A DNA stretch of 64,000 bases from Bacillota bacterium (GTDB lineage: Bacteria; Bacillota; UBA4882; UBA10575): positions 81,614 through 145,613 of the forward strand of contig JAZIHH010000001.1 in the NCBI GenBank assembly GCA_036678685.1, in the 5' to 3' direction. The notes beneath the pieces were generated by a model. It was not told where the DNA came from. It saw nothing but the letters and a program-made list of their open reading frames with translations, and made no database searches. Below, one piece after another: positions 52,064-60,717 of the stretch (its first letter is position 1; each line of letters starts with the position of its first letter). Made by a program: the position numbers and the translations under genes.

Positions 52064-53812
52064 TTATTGAGCGGCTGCCGCCTTCTCCGGGTATTTCCCG
52101 CGTTCGGTGTAATGCGTGTGTAAGAGGCGATAGGATTTTTCTCCCAGCGGCTCACCGAGGAATTCTTCGTAAAGGGTCTTAACCGCCGGGTTTTCGTGGG
52201 ATTTACGCAACGGCATCCCGGCATCCGCCCGGTAAATCGCTTCAATCCTCTTCTGCCGGATCTCGTTGGTCGTGGGGATGGGCTGACCGCCGCCGCCGAT
52301 GCACCCGCCCGGGCAGCACATAATCTCAATGAAGTGGTAATCCGCTTTCCCTTCCTTAATCAGGTCCAGCAATTTCCGGGCGTTCCCCAGCCCGTGGGCG
52401 ACCGCCACTTTAACCTTTGTCCCTTTCAAATCGACTTCCGCCTCTTTTATGCCCTCCAACCCGCGGACATCAACAAAATCCACCGACTCCAGGGTTTCCC
52501 CGGTGACAACTTCATAGACGGTACGTAAAGCCGCTTCCATCACCCCGCCGGTGGCGCCGAAGATCACTCCGGCGCCGGTGGAAATGCCAAGGGGGTCGTC
52601 ATATTCTTCCTCGGGCAAGTCGCTGAAGCGGATACCGGCCTCCCGGAGCATCCGTCCCAGTTCCCTCGTGGTTAAAACCGCATCAACATCCGGGTATCCC
52701 GAATCCGTCATTTCCGGCCTGCTGCATTCAAATTTCTTCGCCGTGCACGGCATGATGGAGACCACATAAATATCGGCCGGGTTAATCCCGGTTTTTTCCG
52801 CGTAATAGGTTTTGGCTAAAGCGCCGAACATCTGCTGCGGCGATTTACACGTGGAAAGATGAGCAAGCAGTTCGGGATAGAAATGTTCAATATACTTAAT
52901 CCAGCCGGGACTGCAAGAGGTGATCATGGGCAGGGTTTCCCCGTTCTTCAACCGTTTCAGCAGTTCGTGACCTTCCTCAATAATGGTTAGGTCGGCACTG
53001 AAATCAGTATCAAAGACCCGGTCAAAACCCAGCCGGCGCAGGGCGGCCACCAGTTGCCCGGTAGTCACTTCACCCGGTTCCAGGCCCATCTCCTCGCCGA
53101 TGGAAACGCGGATGGCGGGCGCCGTCTGTACCACCACGTGTTTCTTGGGATCGGCCAAAGCCGCCCAGACCCGTTCGGTATGGTCCTGTTCGTAAATGGC
53201 TCCTACCGGACAAACCAGCGAGCACTGGCCGCATTGCACACAGGCCACATCCGCCAGATCCACTCCCCCGGCCGGGGCAATGGTGGTGGCAAATCCCCTC
53301 TCTACCGGGTACAACGCCCCTACTCCCTGGATCTGGTGACAAACCTCCACGCACCGCCGGCAAAGAATGCATTTGGCCGGGTCGCGCACCAGCGCCGGCG
53401 TAGAAACATCTTTTTTCTCCGTTTTGATCTGATTCGGGAACCTTTGTTCCCGCACCCCCAACTGGTCGGCAAGGGTCTGCAGCTCACACCGTTGGTTCCG
53501 CACGCAGTTCAAGCAATCCTGGGGGTGATTGGAGAGTAAAAGTTCCACGTTGATCCGGCGGGCCTGCCGCACCCGGGGCGAATTGGTCCGGATGACCATT
53601 CCTTCCCTGACCGGCTGGGAACAGGCGGCCTGCAGGGTCCGGCTTCCTTCGACCTCCACCACACAGACCCGGCACATCCCTTTGGTGCCCAGGTCTTCAT
53701 TGTAACACAGGGTCGGTATTTCAATCCCGGCGGCCCGGGCCGCCGCGAGAATGGTACTGTCTTTCGGTACCTGTATTTCCCGGCCGTCAATCGTCACTTT
53801 AACCTGTTCCAT
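52064..53812 (-). CDS. hydA: [FeFe]-hydrogenase catalytic subunit HydA (M3-type plus C-terminal extension), with atypical H-cluster motifs
   Basis: 582 aa with an N-terminal 2Fe-2S domain, an HPQDC His-ligated cluster and 2x[4Fe-4S]. H-domain motifs are TSCSPGW, MPCTAKKFE and EIMCCPGGCIGGGGQP. Confidence 0.92.
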   Translation of the reverse strand: MEQVKVTIDGREIQVPKDSTILAAARAAGIEIPTLCYNEDLGTKGMCRVCVVEVEGSRTLQAACSQPVREGMVIRTNSPRVRQARRINVELLLSNHPQDCLNCVRNQRCELQTLADQLGVREQRFPNQIKTEKKDVSTPALVRDPAKCILCRRCVEVCHQIQGVGALYPVERGFATTIAPAGGVDLADVACVQCGQCSLVCPVGAIYEQDHTERVWAALADPKKHVVVQTAPAIRVSIGEEMGLEPGEVTTGQLVAALRRLGFDRVFDTDFSADLTIIEEGHELLKRLKNGETLPMITSCSPGWIKYIEHFYPELLAHLSTCKSPQQMFGALAKTYYAEKTGINPADIYVVSIMPCTAKKFECSRPEMTDSGYPDVDAVLTTRELGRMLREAGIRFSDLPEEEYDDPLGISTGAGVIFGATGGVMEAALRTVYEVVTGETLESVDFVDVRGLEGIKEAEVDLKGTKVKVAVAHGLGNARKLLDLIKEGKADYHFIEIMCCPGGCIGGGGQPIPTTNEIRQKRIEAIYRADAGMPLRKSHENPAVKTLYEEFLGEPLGEKSYRLLHTHYTERGKYPEKAAAAQ

Positions 53813-53849
53813 GCTGTCACATCCCTTTCTTTATATTAATTACTTTATC

Positions 53850-55496
53850 TTAAATAACTTTCGCCCGAAGTTTCGGGGAAAGGCCCCGGCAAACCCCGGC
53901 CGGGCATTCCCCGGCGGCATGCCGGTAAATTTCATCTTCAAAATACTGCAGGGCGGTAACAACCGAATTCGGAGCGGATTGGCCCAAACCGCATAAGGAC
54001 GAAAGCTGCATGGCTTGGCAAAGTTCCCGGATAAGCCGGATCTCATTTCTCCCGGCTTCACCTAACGTAAGGGCGTGCAACAGATCATAAAGACGCGCCG
54101 TTCCCTCACGGCAGGGCGTGCACTGTCCGCAAGATTCATGCCGGAAAAACTTCATGAAACAACAAAGGATATCAACGATACAATGGGAATCATCAATGAT
54201 TAACAAGGCCCCGGAACCCAGCGCAGATCCGGCTTCGGCCAGTGTGTCGTAATCCATGGGCAAGTCAAGGAATTCTTTCGGCAGGCATCCCCCGGAAGTT
54301 CCGCCGGTTTGGGCCAACTTGAACCCCTTCCCGCCCGGAATTCCTCCTCCCACGCCGTAAATAACTTTACGAAGGGTTATCCCCATGGGCACTTCAATCA
54401 AACCTTGATTATTAATATCCCCCAGCATGGTGAAGACCTTGGTGCCCGGGGTCGTTTCCGTTCCGATACTGCGGAACCATTCCGCTCCCTTCAGGATAAT
54501 GGGAGGAATATTGGCCAGGGTCTCCACATTATTAACGACCGTCGGTTTCCCCCACAAACCGGCCACCCCGGGATAAGGGGGTTTAATCCGCGGTTCTCCC
54601 CTTTTCCCTTCCAAAGATTCGATCAGCGCGGTCTCTTCGCCGCAAACATAGGCGCCGGCGCCGGTCCGGATCGTAATGTCAAAATTGAAATCCGTGCCGA
54701 AGATCCCCTCTCCCAGGAGCCCGAGTTCTTTAGCCCGGGCGACGGCCTTCCGCAAACGCTCGATGGAGAGGGTATACTCCCCGCGAATATAGACGATGCC
54801 TTGACTGGCGCCGACCGCATAGCCGGCGATGGCCATGGCTTCAATTATTGAGTGGGGATCGCCTTCCAAAATCAAGCGGTCTTTAAAGGTCCCCGGTTCT
54901 CCTTCGTCCGCATTACATATAATATACTTATGGTCCGCCTCCACACCGGCCGTAAACGACCACTTGAGCCCGGTGGGGAAACCGGCCCCTCCCCGGCCGC
55001 GGAGGCCGGAATCTTTGACCATCGCCACTACCTGCTCCGGGGTAAGGGAGGTCAAAACTTTTCCCAAGGCTTCATAGCCGTCATTGGCAATATATTCTTC
55101 AATGGAATCGGGATCAATGCGTCCACAATTACGAAGGACAATCCGCTGTTGCCGGTCCAGGTATCCTTTTTCCTCCAAAGAAACAACGGGCCTGGCCTCC
55201 CCCGCCTTTTCCCGGTAAACCAAATCCTCGACGACCCGGCCTTTTAACAGATGTTCCTGGACTATCCGGGATATGTCTTCCGGTTTTAGTTTACTGTACA
55301 TTACCCCTTCCGGGTAAACTATTATAACCGGACCTTCGTCGCAAGGGCCGAGACATCCGGTTTCCACCACGCGTATCTCATCTCCCAAACCGGCCCGGTC
55401 GATTTCCCGGCCCAGAGCGTCCTTTACCGCACCGGCGCCCTTTAACATACAGGGAGTTCCTACACAAACCAGGACGTGGGCGCGAAAATAACTCAT
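53850..55496 (-). CDS. hydB: NuoF-like flavoprotein subunit HydB, lacking the C-terminal 2x[4Fe-4S] domain
   Basis: 548 aa with an N-terminal thioredoxin-like domain, [13 protein letters not shown] and ESCGQCTPCR. It ends ...ECPAGVCRGLSPKLRAKVI. Confidence 0.9.
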   Translation of the reverse strand: MSYFRAHVLVCVGTPCMLKGAGAVKDALGREIDRAGLGDEIRVVETGCLGPCDEGPVIIVYPEGVMYSKLKPEDISRIVQEHLLKGRVVEDLVYREKAGEARPVVSLEEKGYLDRQQRIVLRNCGRIDPDSIEEYIANDGYEALGKVLTSLTPEQVVAMVKDSGLRGRGGAGFPTGLKWSFTAGVEADHKYIICNADEGEPGTFKDRLILEGDPHSIIEAMAIAGYAVGASQGIVYIRGEYTLSIERLRKAVARAKELGLLGEGIFGTDFNFDITIRTGAGAYVCGEETALIESLEGKRGEPRIKPPYPGVAGLWGKPTVVNNVETLANIPPIILKGAEWFRSIGTETTPGTKVFTMLGDINNQGLIEVPMGITLRKVIYGVGGGIPGGKGFKLAQTGGTSGGCLPKEFLDLPMDYDTLAEAGSALGSGALLIIDDSHCIVDILCCFMKFFRHESCGQCTPCREGTARLYDLLHALTLGEAGRNEIRLIRELCQAMQLSSLCGLGQSAPNSVVTALQYFEDEIYRHAAGECPAGVCRGLSPKLRAKVI

Positions 55497-55570
55497 GGAA
55501 ACCCCTCCTTAGATATAATCGGTTCGCGATCACAATTTATATAAACCGCCGTCTCCTCTGCTTCTTAAAA

Positions 55571-56050
55571 TCAGGAATATTCCTCTAAAATCTCTTTCAC
55601 CCGCTCCGGGGTGAGATTGCCGTAAACACGGTCGTCGATCACCATGGCGGGCGCCACCCCGCACACGCCGAGACAACTGGTAAGCTCCAGGGTAAATTTT
55701 TTATCTTTCGTGGTCTCACCGGGGTTGATGCCCAAAAGTTCCTGAAGTGTTTCCAGAACATTGACCGCACCACGGATATGGCAGGGCGGGCTTTCGCAAA
55801 CTCTGATAATATACTTGCCTTTGGGTTCCGTGGCCAGCAGAGTATAAAAAGTAGCCACCCCGTACACACGGCTGGCTGGGATATTCAACCCGTCGGCAAC
55901 TTCTTCTATGATATCTTTTGACAAATAACCATGGACTTCTTGAATGTCACGGAGGATCTCCAAGAGCGCCCCCGGGTCGGCTTTATACTCCCTGATTACT
56001 TGACCCACGTTCATCGTGGCTGTTTCCGCTGCCGAAGACTTTACCGCCAT
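55571..56050 (-). CDS. hydC: NuoE-like [2Fe-2S] subunit HydC
   Basis: ORF 55571..56068 trimmed to the ATG at 56050, which follows GGAGGTGG. It contains CESPPCHIRG...CLGVCGVAPA. Confidence 0.88.
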   Translation of the reverse strand: MAVKSSAAETATMNVGQVIREYKADPGALLEILRDIQEVHGYLSKDIIEEVADGLNIPASRVYGVATFYTLLATEPKGKYIIRVCESPPCHIRGAVNVLETLQELLGINPGETTKDKKFTLELTSCLGVCGVAPAMVIDDRVYGNLTPERVKEILEEYS

Positions 56051-56073
56051 TAAAGTCACCACCTCCATTTAGA

Positions 56074-56439
56074 TTAACGGTTGATAACCCACTCGCCGAC
56101 AATATTGCCATTGACCACATGCCGGGCAATAATCTGCCGGGCTTTGTCGGCGGAAACCTTGCCGTAAGTAACCTCCGGCCCGCCGGGCATTTTCACTTCC
56201 ACAATGGGTTCTTGTTCACAAAGGCCTAAACAACCGGTCTGGGTCACCAAGACGTTACCAAGGTTCCTTTTTTCCAGTTCTTGCAGAATCGCGCCCATTG
56301 TTTCACGGGCGCCGGCCGCAATACCACAGGTGCCCATGCCAACAACGATCTTAATCTTGCCGGCGTCTTCACCTTCGCGAATTTCCGTCATTTTTCTGGT
56401 TTCTTCTCTAATTTTGGCCAGGTCTTCGAGGGACTTCAA
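56074..56439 (-). CDS. thioredoxin-like [2Fe-2S] ferredoxin, first gene of the hydrogenase operon
   Basis: 121 aa, TTG start after AGGAGG, with GMGTCGIAAGA...GCLGLCEQEP. Confidence 0.8.
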   Translation of the reverse strand: MKSLEDLAKIREETRKMTEIREGEDAGKIKIVVGMGTCGIAAGARETMGAILQELEKRNLGNVLVTQTGCLGLCEQEPIVEVKMPGGPEVTYGKVSADKARQIIARHVVNGNIVGEWVINR

Positions 56440-56565
56440 TGATGAACCTCCTTTATCAATAATTTGTTCTATATTTCACAAACTTGTGTTGAAAAAAACA
56501 GGTTCCCGTCCACCCCCCTTTTTCAAGGAAAGATGAACGTTTACCCAAAAAAGCAGGTCAATTCA

Positions 56566-56594
56566 ATTATAGCTTTTTGTTTGGTATTGGTCAA
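56566..56594 (-). promoter_or_regulatory. consensus sigma-A promoter of the hydrogenase operon
   Basis: On the minus strand, TTGACC, a 17-nt spacer and TATAAT lie ~125 nt upstream of the ferredoxin start. Confidence 0.65.
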
Positions 56595-56722
56595 TGCCGA
56601 TCTGGCCACCAACCATAAGGGCTTGCGGAAAAACCCTTTTTCTGTCGGTCTTTCGACCGTACCGGGTAAAATATAAATATTTTGTAACATTTTTATCCGC
56701 TGTTACGTTGCATTTTTCACTT

Positions 56723-57763
56723 TTATCTCTTCACCCCGACGGCTATTTTTTTGATGGTTTGTAACGCCGTTTTAATCTGGGGAAGAGAAACATCCTTATG
56801 GGTAACGAAGCGGACGGTGTATTTCCCAAAGGGAACACCGAGCACTCCCTCTTCCTTCATCACGGCTAAAAACTCTCCGGCCGTCATCTTGAGCCCTTCC
56901 ACAGAAAAAAGGATTATATTCGTTTGCACGGTGGCGGGATCAAGGGACAGTCCTGGTATTTCCGCCAGTCCTTCCGCTAGAAACCGGGCATGTTCATGGT
57001 CTTCCACTAGGCGGTCGACCATCTCTTCCAAGGCCACAAGTCCGGCGGCGGCCAGGACACCCGCCTGCCGCATCCCGCCGCCCAGCAGTTTCCGGTATTT
57101 TCTGGCTTTTTTAATAAACTCACTGCTTCCGGCCAAAAGGGAGCCAACCGGCGCACCCAGTCCTTTGGAAAGGCAAAACATCACCGAATCAACCGGACGG
57201 GTCAGTTCTCCGGGTTTCACCCCCAGCCGGCAGGCGGCGTTAAAAATTCTGGCGCCGTCCAAATGTACCGGTATCCCGTTTTCCCTGGCTACGGCGGCCA
57301 TGAGTTCCGTTTCTTCCGGCGTAAGAACCGTCCCTCCCGCCCGGTTATGGGTATTTTCCAGGCAAAGGAGGCCGGTGCGCGGTTGATGGATATCCTTTTC
57401 CCGCACGGCTTGTCTGAGGAGTTCCGGTTCCATAAACCCGTTTTTCCCCGGAATAACACGCGTCTGGACGCCGGAAAGAAAGGCCAGTCCGCCTGCTTCA
57501 TAGTAAAAAATGTGGGAATCCGCCTCGACGAGAACTTCGTCGCCGCGGGAAACATGGGCTAAAACAGCAATCTGGTTGCCCATGGTCCCGCTGGGCACAA
57601 AAAGGGCGGCCTCCTTGCCAACCATGGCCGCACCCGTCTCTTCCAGCCGGCGGACAGTGGGGTCCTCGCCATAAACATCATCACCCACCTCGGCGGTGGC
57701 CATGGCTTTTCTCATGTTTTCCGTCGGCCGGGTAACCGTATCGCTTCGTAGATCAATCACCAT
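56723..57763 (-). CDS. ltaE: low-specificity L-threonine aldolase (PLP)
   Basis: 346 aa, starting [37 protein letters not shown]... Confidence 0.88.
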   Translation of the reverse strand: MVIDLRSDTVTRPTENMRKAMATAEVGDDVYGEDPTVRRLEETGAAMVGKEAALFVPSGTMGNQIAVLAHVSRGDEVLVEADSHIFYYEAGGLAFLSGVQTRVIPGKNGFMEPELLRQAVREKDIHQPRTGLLCLENTHNRAGGTVLTPEETELMAAVARENGIPVHLDGARIFNAACRLGVKPGELTRPVDSVMFCLSKGLGAPVGSLLAGSSEFIKKARKYRKLLGGGMRQAGVLAAAGLVALEEMVDRLVEDHEHARFLAEGLAEIPGLSLDPATVQTNIILFSVEGLKMTAGEFLAVMKEEGVLGVPFGKYTVRFVTHKDVSLPQIKTALQTIKKIAVGVKR

Positions 57764-57897
57764 TCTCTTCTCCCCTCTGGATTACAATTTGGCCCAAGGC
57801 CCTTAAAATCCGGCAGGTGTCTGCGGCTCACTGCCGGGACCCGGCGTTCTAGCCGTGCGCGGCAGGCAGACACCGGCCTGATTTTTCTCCTTTTTTA

Positions 57898-58383
57898 TTA
57901 TTTGTTCCGCCGGAGGCAGGCGGAGAAAGTATCCTTTTTGGTCGCGTAAATTTTTTGCCAGGAAACGCCGGTTTCCGGGTGAACGCCATCCGGCATGATT
58001 TCCACCAGCGGAAGCACGACAAACGAGCGTTCCGCCAGCCGCGGATGGGGAACGGTGAGCCAATGGGATTTGAGCACCCAGTCGCTATAGAATAAAAGAT
58101 CGAGATCGATCAAGCGCGGTCCGAAGCGCGGTCCGGGAACCCGCCCCATCTCCTCCTCGATTTCTTTTAAAGCAAAAAGCAGGCGCAAGGGGGGAAGGGC
58201 GGTCCGGCCCACACATACCTGATTTAAAAACCAGGGCTGGTCGGGATAACCAACCGGTTCGCTCTCGTAGAGGGAAGAATATCGGGCGCCGGTCACCAGT
58301 TTGGACAAACGTTCCCCGGCCTTTTTCAGATTCTCTTCCCGCGAACCCAAGTTGGAACCTAGACCGATCCCTACGGTATACAT
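57898..58383 (-). CDS. folK: 2-amino-4-hydroxy-6-hydroxymethyldihydropteridine diphosphokinase
   Basis: 161 aa, starting MYTVGIGLGSNLGSREENL, with ...RFGPRLIDLDLL...PHPR... Confidence 0.92.
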   Translation of the reverse strand: MYTVGIGLGSNLGSREENLKKAGERLSKLVTGARYSSLYESEPVGYPDQPWFLNQVCVGRTALPPLRLLFALKEIEEEMGRVPGPRFGPRLIDLDLLFYSDWVLKSHWLTVPHPRLAERSFVVLPLVEIMPDGVHPETGVSWQKIYATKKDTFSACLRRNK

Positions 58384-58392
58384 AATAATCTC

Positions 58393-59631
58393 CTACCCCC
58401 GGCGGCGAATAATCGCATCGGTCATCCTGGCCACCCTGGCCATTTCTTTAACATTGTGCACCCGGATGATATCCGCGCCCTTGGTTATTCCCACCGCCAC
58501 AGTAGCCGCTGTTCCCTCCAGCCGGTCCGTCACCGGCAAATCAAGGGTGAGACCGATTACTGATTTACGGGACGTGCCCAACAAAACCGGACGGCCCAAT
58601 GCTCTTAATTCTTCGAAACGGGCCAGAATCTCAAGGTTATTTTCGTAGGTCTTGCCAAAACCAATCCCCGGATCAACGATTATTTTCTCCCGTGGCAAAC
58701 CGGCTGCTTCCGCCAGCCTGATGCTCTGCCGCAGAAACTCCGTGATTTCCCCCATCAAATCCCCGTAAACCGCCCCTCTTTTATTATGGACGACAATCAC
58801 CGGGGCCTGAAAGCGGGCAACAACCGCCGCCATTTCCGGATCCCGCTGCAGTCCCCAAATATCATTTATCATATCGGCCCCGGCCTCCAAAGCCGCCCGC
58901 GCCACCGCCGCCTTGTATGTATCCACGGAAAGCGGCAGGGGGGAAAGCTTGGCCAATCTTTTGATCACCGGACAGATCCGTTTTATCTCTTCTTCGGCGG
59001 AGACCGCCTCGCCGCCGGACGGCGCCGGGCCCGTTGAAAAATAATTGCCGGCTGTTCCCGGCCGGGTCGATTCGCCCCCGATATCCAGGATATCGGCGCC
59101 TTCCTCCATAAATCTTTCCGCCTGCCGGAGGGCGGCGTCGACCGGGTCGGCCTCCTTGTGGAGACCGTCCTGGGAAAAGGAGTCCGGGGTAAGGTTGATA
59201 ATCCCCATAATATAAGTTCGCCGGCCCCAGAGAAATTCCCGCCCCTTGACGGTCAGTGAAGCCGGCGGCCGGTTATAGGCCTCGAGCACGGCTGCCAGTT
59301 CCTGGGCCAAATCCGGTAGACTGAACGGTTGCCGGGGAAGAATGGCCAACAAACGCCGGTATTGGGCTCTCGTGCCCATGATGATCGCCGGTCCCGGTTC
59401 ACCCTGTAAACGGGCATGCTCCCAGCCTACCGCCACCTCCCCCCCCTTGGCTAGCATCTCCTGTTTAAGTATATTGGCGGCCTGGGGCGACAAACCGTCA
59501 ACTTTTACCAAAAGAAATTCGCCTTTTTCTTTCATGATCTCTATGCCTTCGGGACTGACGTTAATCTTTTTAAACTCTTCGGCGAGTTCATCCTGGTTTA
59601 GCCCGGAAAGGACACGGGGGTTAAAACTCAC
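58393..59631 (-). CDS. folP: dihydropteroate synthase with a ~135-aa N-terminal extension
   Basis: 412 aa. The pterin-binding domain begins at YIMGIINLTPDSFSQDG, with GADILDIGGESTRPG and GADIIRVHNV. The preceding 135 aa are not part of canonical DHPS. Confidence 0.9.
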   Translation of the reverse strand: MSFNPRVLSGLNQDELAEEFKKINVSPEGIEIMKEKGEFLLVKVDGLSPQAANILKQEMLAKGGEVAVGWEHARLQGEPGPAIIMGTRAQYRRLLAILPRQPFSLPDLAQELAAVLEAYNRPPASLTVKGREFLWGRRTYIMGIINLTPDSFSQDGLHKEADPVDAALRQAERFMEEGADILDIGGESTRPGTAGNYFSTGPAPSGGEAVSAEEEIKRICPVIKRLAKLSPLPLSVDTYKAAVARAALEAGADMINDIWGLQRDPEMAAVVARFQAPVIVVHNKRGAVYGDLMGEITEFLRQSIRLAEAAGLPREKIIVDPGIGFGKTYENNLEILARFEELRALGRPVLLGTSRKSVIGLTLDLPVTDRLEGTAATVAVGITKGADIIRVHNVKEMARVARMTDAIIRRRG

Positions 59632-59865
59632 GCCTCAGTTTCCTCCCATCGCAAAAATACTTTCCTTGTTTAAGCTTTCCCGGGTCGCCATCTTTTCCCT
59701 GGCCGCCCGGGTCAACAGATCCGGCGCCATTGCTCTTAATTATATAACATTATACCGTGCTTGACAGGAAAGATAAAGTTCTGCGGCCTTCTTGGTTTTC
59801 TTATGGTAAACATTTTGGTCCTCATCATGGCCGCATCTTCCACTGTTACGCCGCCTTTGTTGAAT

Positions 59866-60546
59866 TCAGGCCGGTTTTCCTACCGTCGGAAAATCCGGCG
59901 GCGTCTCGTGGGGGCGCCCATTCTCCCCTGCCAGGGCCAAACGGTACCCGGTTATTTCCAGCGCCAATAAAAGCGCTTTATTAATCGGGTAACGCGTTTG
60001 CCCCAGGGAGGGGTTGAGGAGGGGGATTCTTCTTGCATAGAAGGAATTAATTGGTACAGGCAAACCGTTCTCCACCAGCGCTTGAAGCCTCTCCCGCAGC
60101 CCGGGAGTGGTCTGCGTAAGCCGGCGGCAGAGGACTGGAACCAGCCGTCCGTATTTATCCTCCACTGCGGAAAAACCGAATAAACGGCATAACAACGGTC
60201 GCCAGGCATAGAACCGGCATCCCCCTTCCGGCTGCAGCAGGGCATCGTCATTAAGCAGGACACATGGCGCGTCCGGCGCCGCCCCGGCCGCCCTGGCCAG
60301 CCAGAATTCGGCCTTCCCCGTCTGCCAAAGATGAATGCTCAACGGTAACAATTCAAAGATTGAGACCTCGATGTTAACCGCGGGTGTCCGGCAACATTCC
60401 CGGCAAGAACCCAAGCAGTCCACTTTTCCCTCTCTTTTGAACCTGTCCGTTACCGAATCGATCTCCCGGTAAAGAGCCAGGAGGGCGTCCAAGCCTTCAA
60501 ATAATAAGCCAGAGGTATTATTATCCGCTTGATTGATAATAAACAT
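59866..60546 (-). CDS. YkgJ-family (CxxCxxCC) cysteine-cluster protein
   Basis: 226 aa with CLGSCRECCRTP and additional conserved Cys residues. Confidence 0.65.
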   Translation of the reverse strand: MFIINQADNNTSGLLFEGLDALLALYREIDSVTDRFKREGKVDCLGSCRECCRTPAVNIEVSIFELLPLSIHLWQTGKAEFWLARAAGAAPDAPCVLLNDDALLQPEGGCRFYAWRPLLCRLFGFSAVEDKYGRLVPVLCRRLTQTTPGLRERLQALVENGLPVPINSFYARRIPLLNPSLGQTRYPINKALLLALEITGYRLALAGENGRPHETPPDFPTVGKPA

Positions 60547-60717
60547 GGTGTCACCTTCCGGTCATAATTATACCGGGGGCGGATATAGAAAAACAAGAAC
60601 CTGAAAGCAAAAAAACCGGCGGCTCCGCCGGCTTATGTTTAGTTTGGTTTAATTCAGTAACGATTTTACCAGAAACTTTTTAATTCATGACACGTATAGA
60701 CAAAAGGGGGGATCACT

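Noticed and set aside
51794-52123. 109-aa plus-strand ORF starting inside the candidate sRNA
   Set aside because: The ATG directly abuts GGTGG with no spacing. The ORF reads through two intrinsic terminators and into the 3' end of hydA on the opposite strand.
56440-56565. ~125-nt 5' UTR of the hydrogenase operon as a possible riboswitch or attenuator
   Set aside because: I could not find a convincing terminator/antiterminator pair or a known aptamer core by eye. It is left as an ordinary leader pending a covariance-model search.
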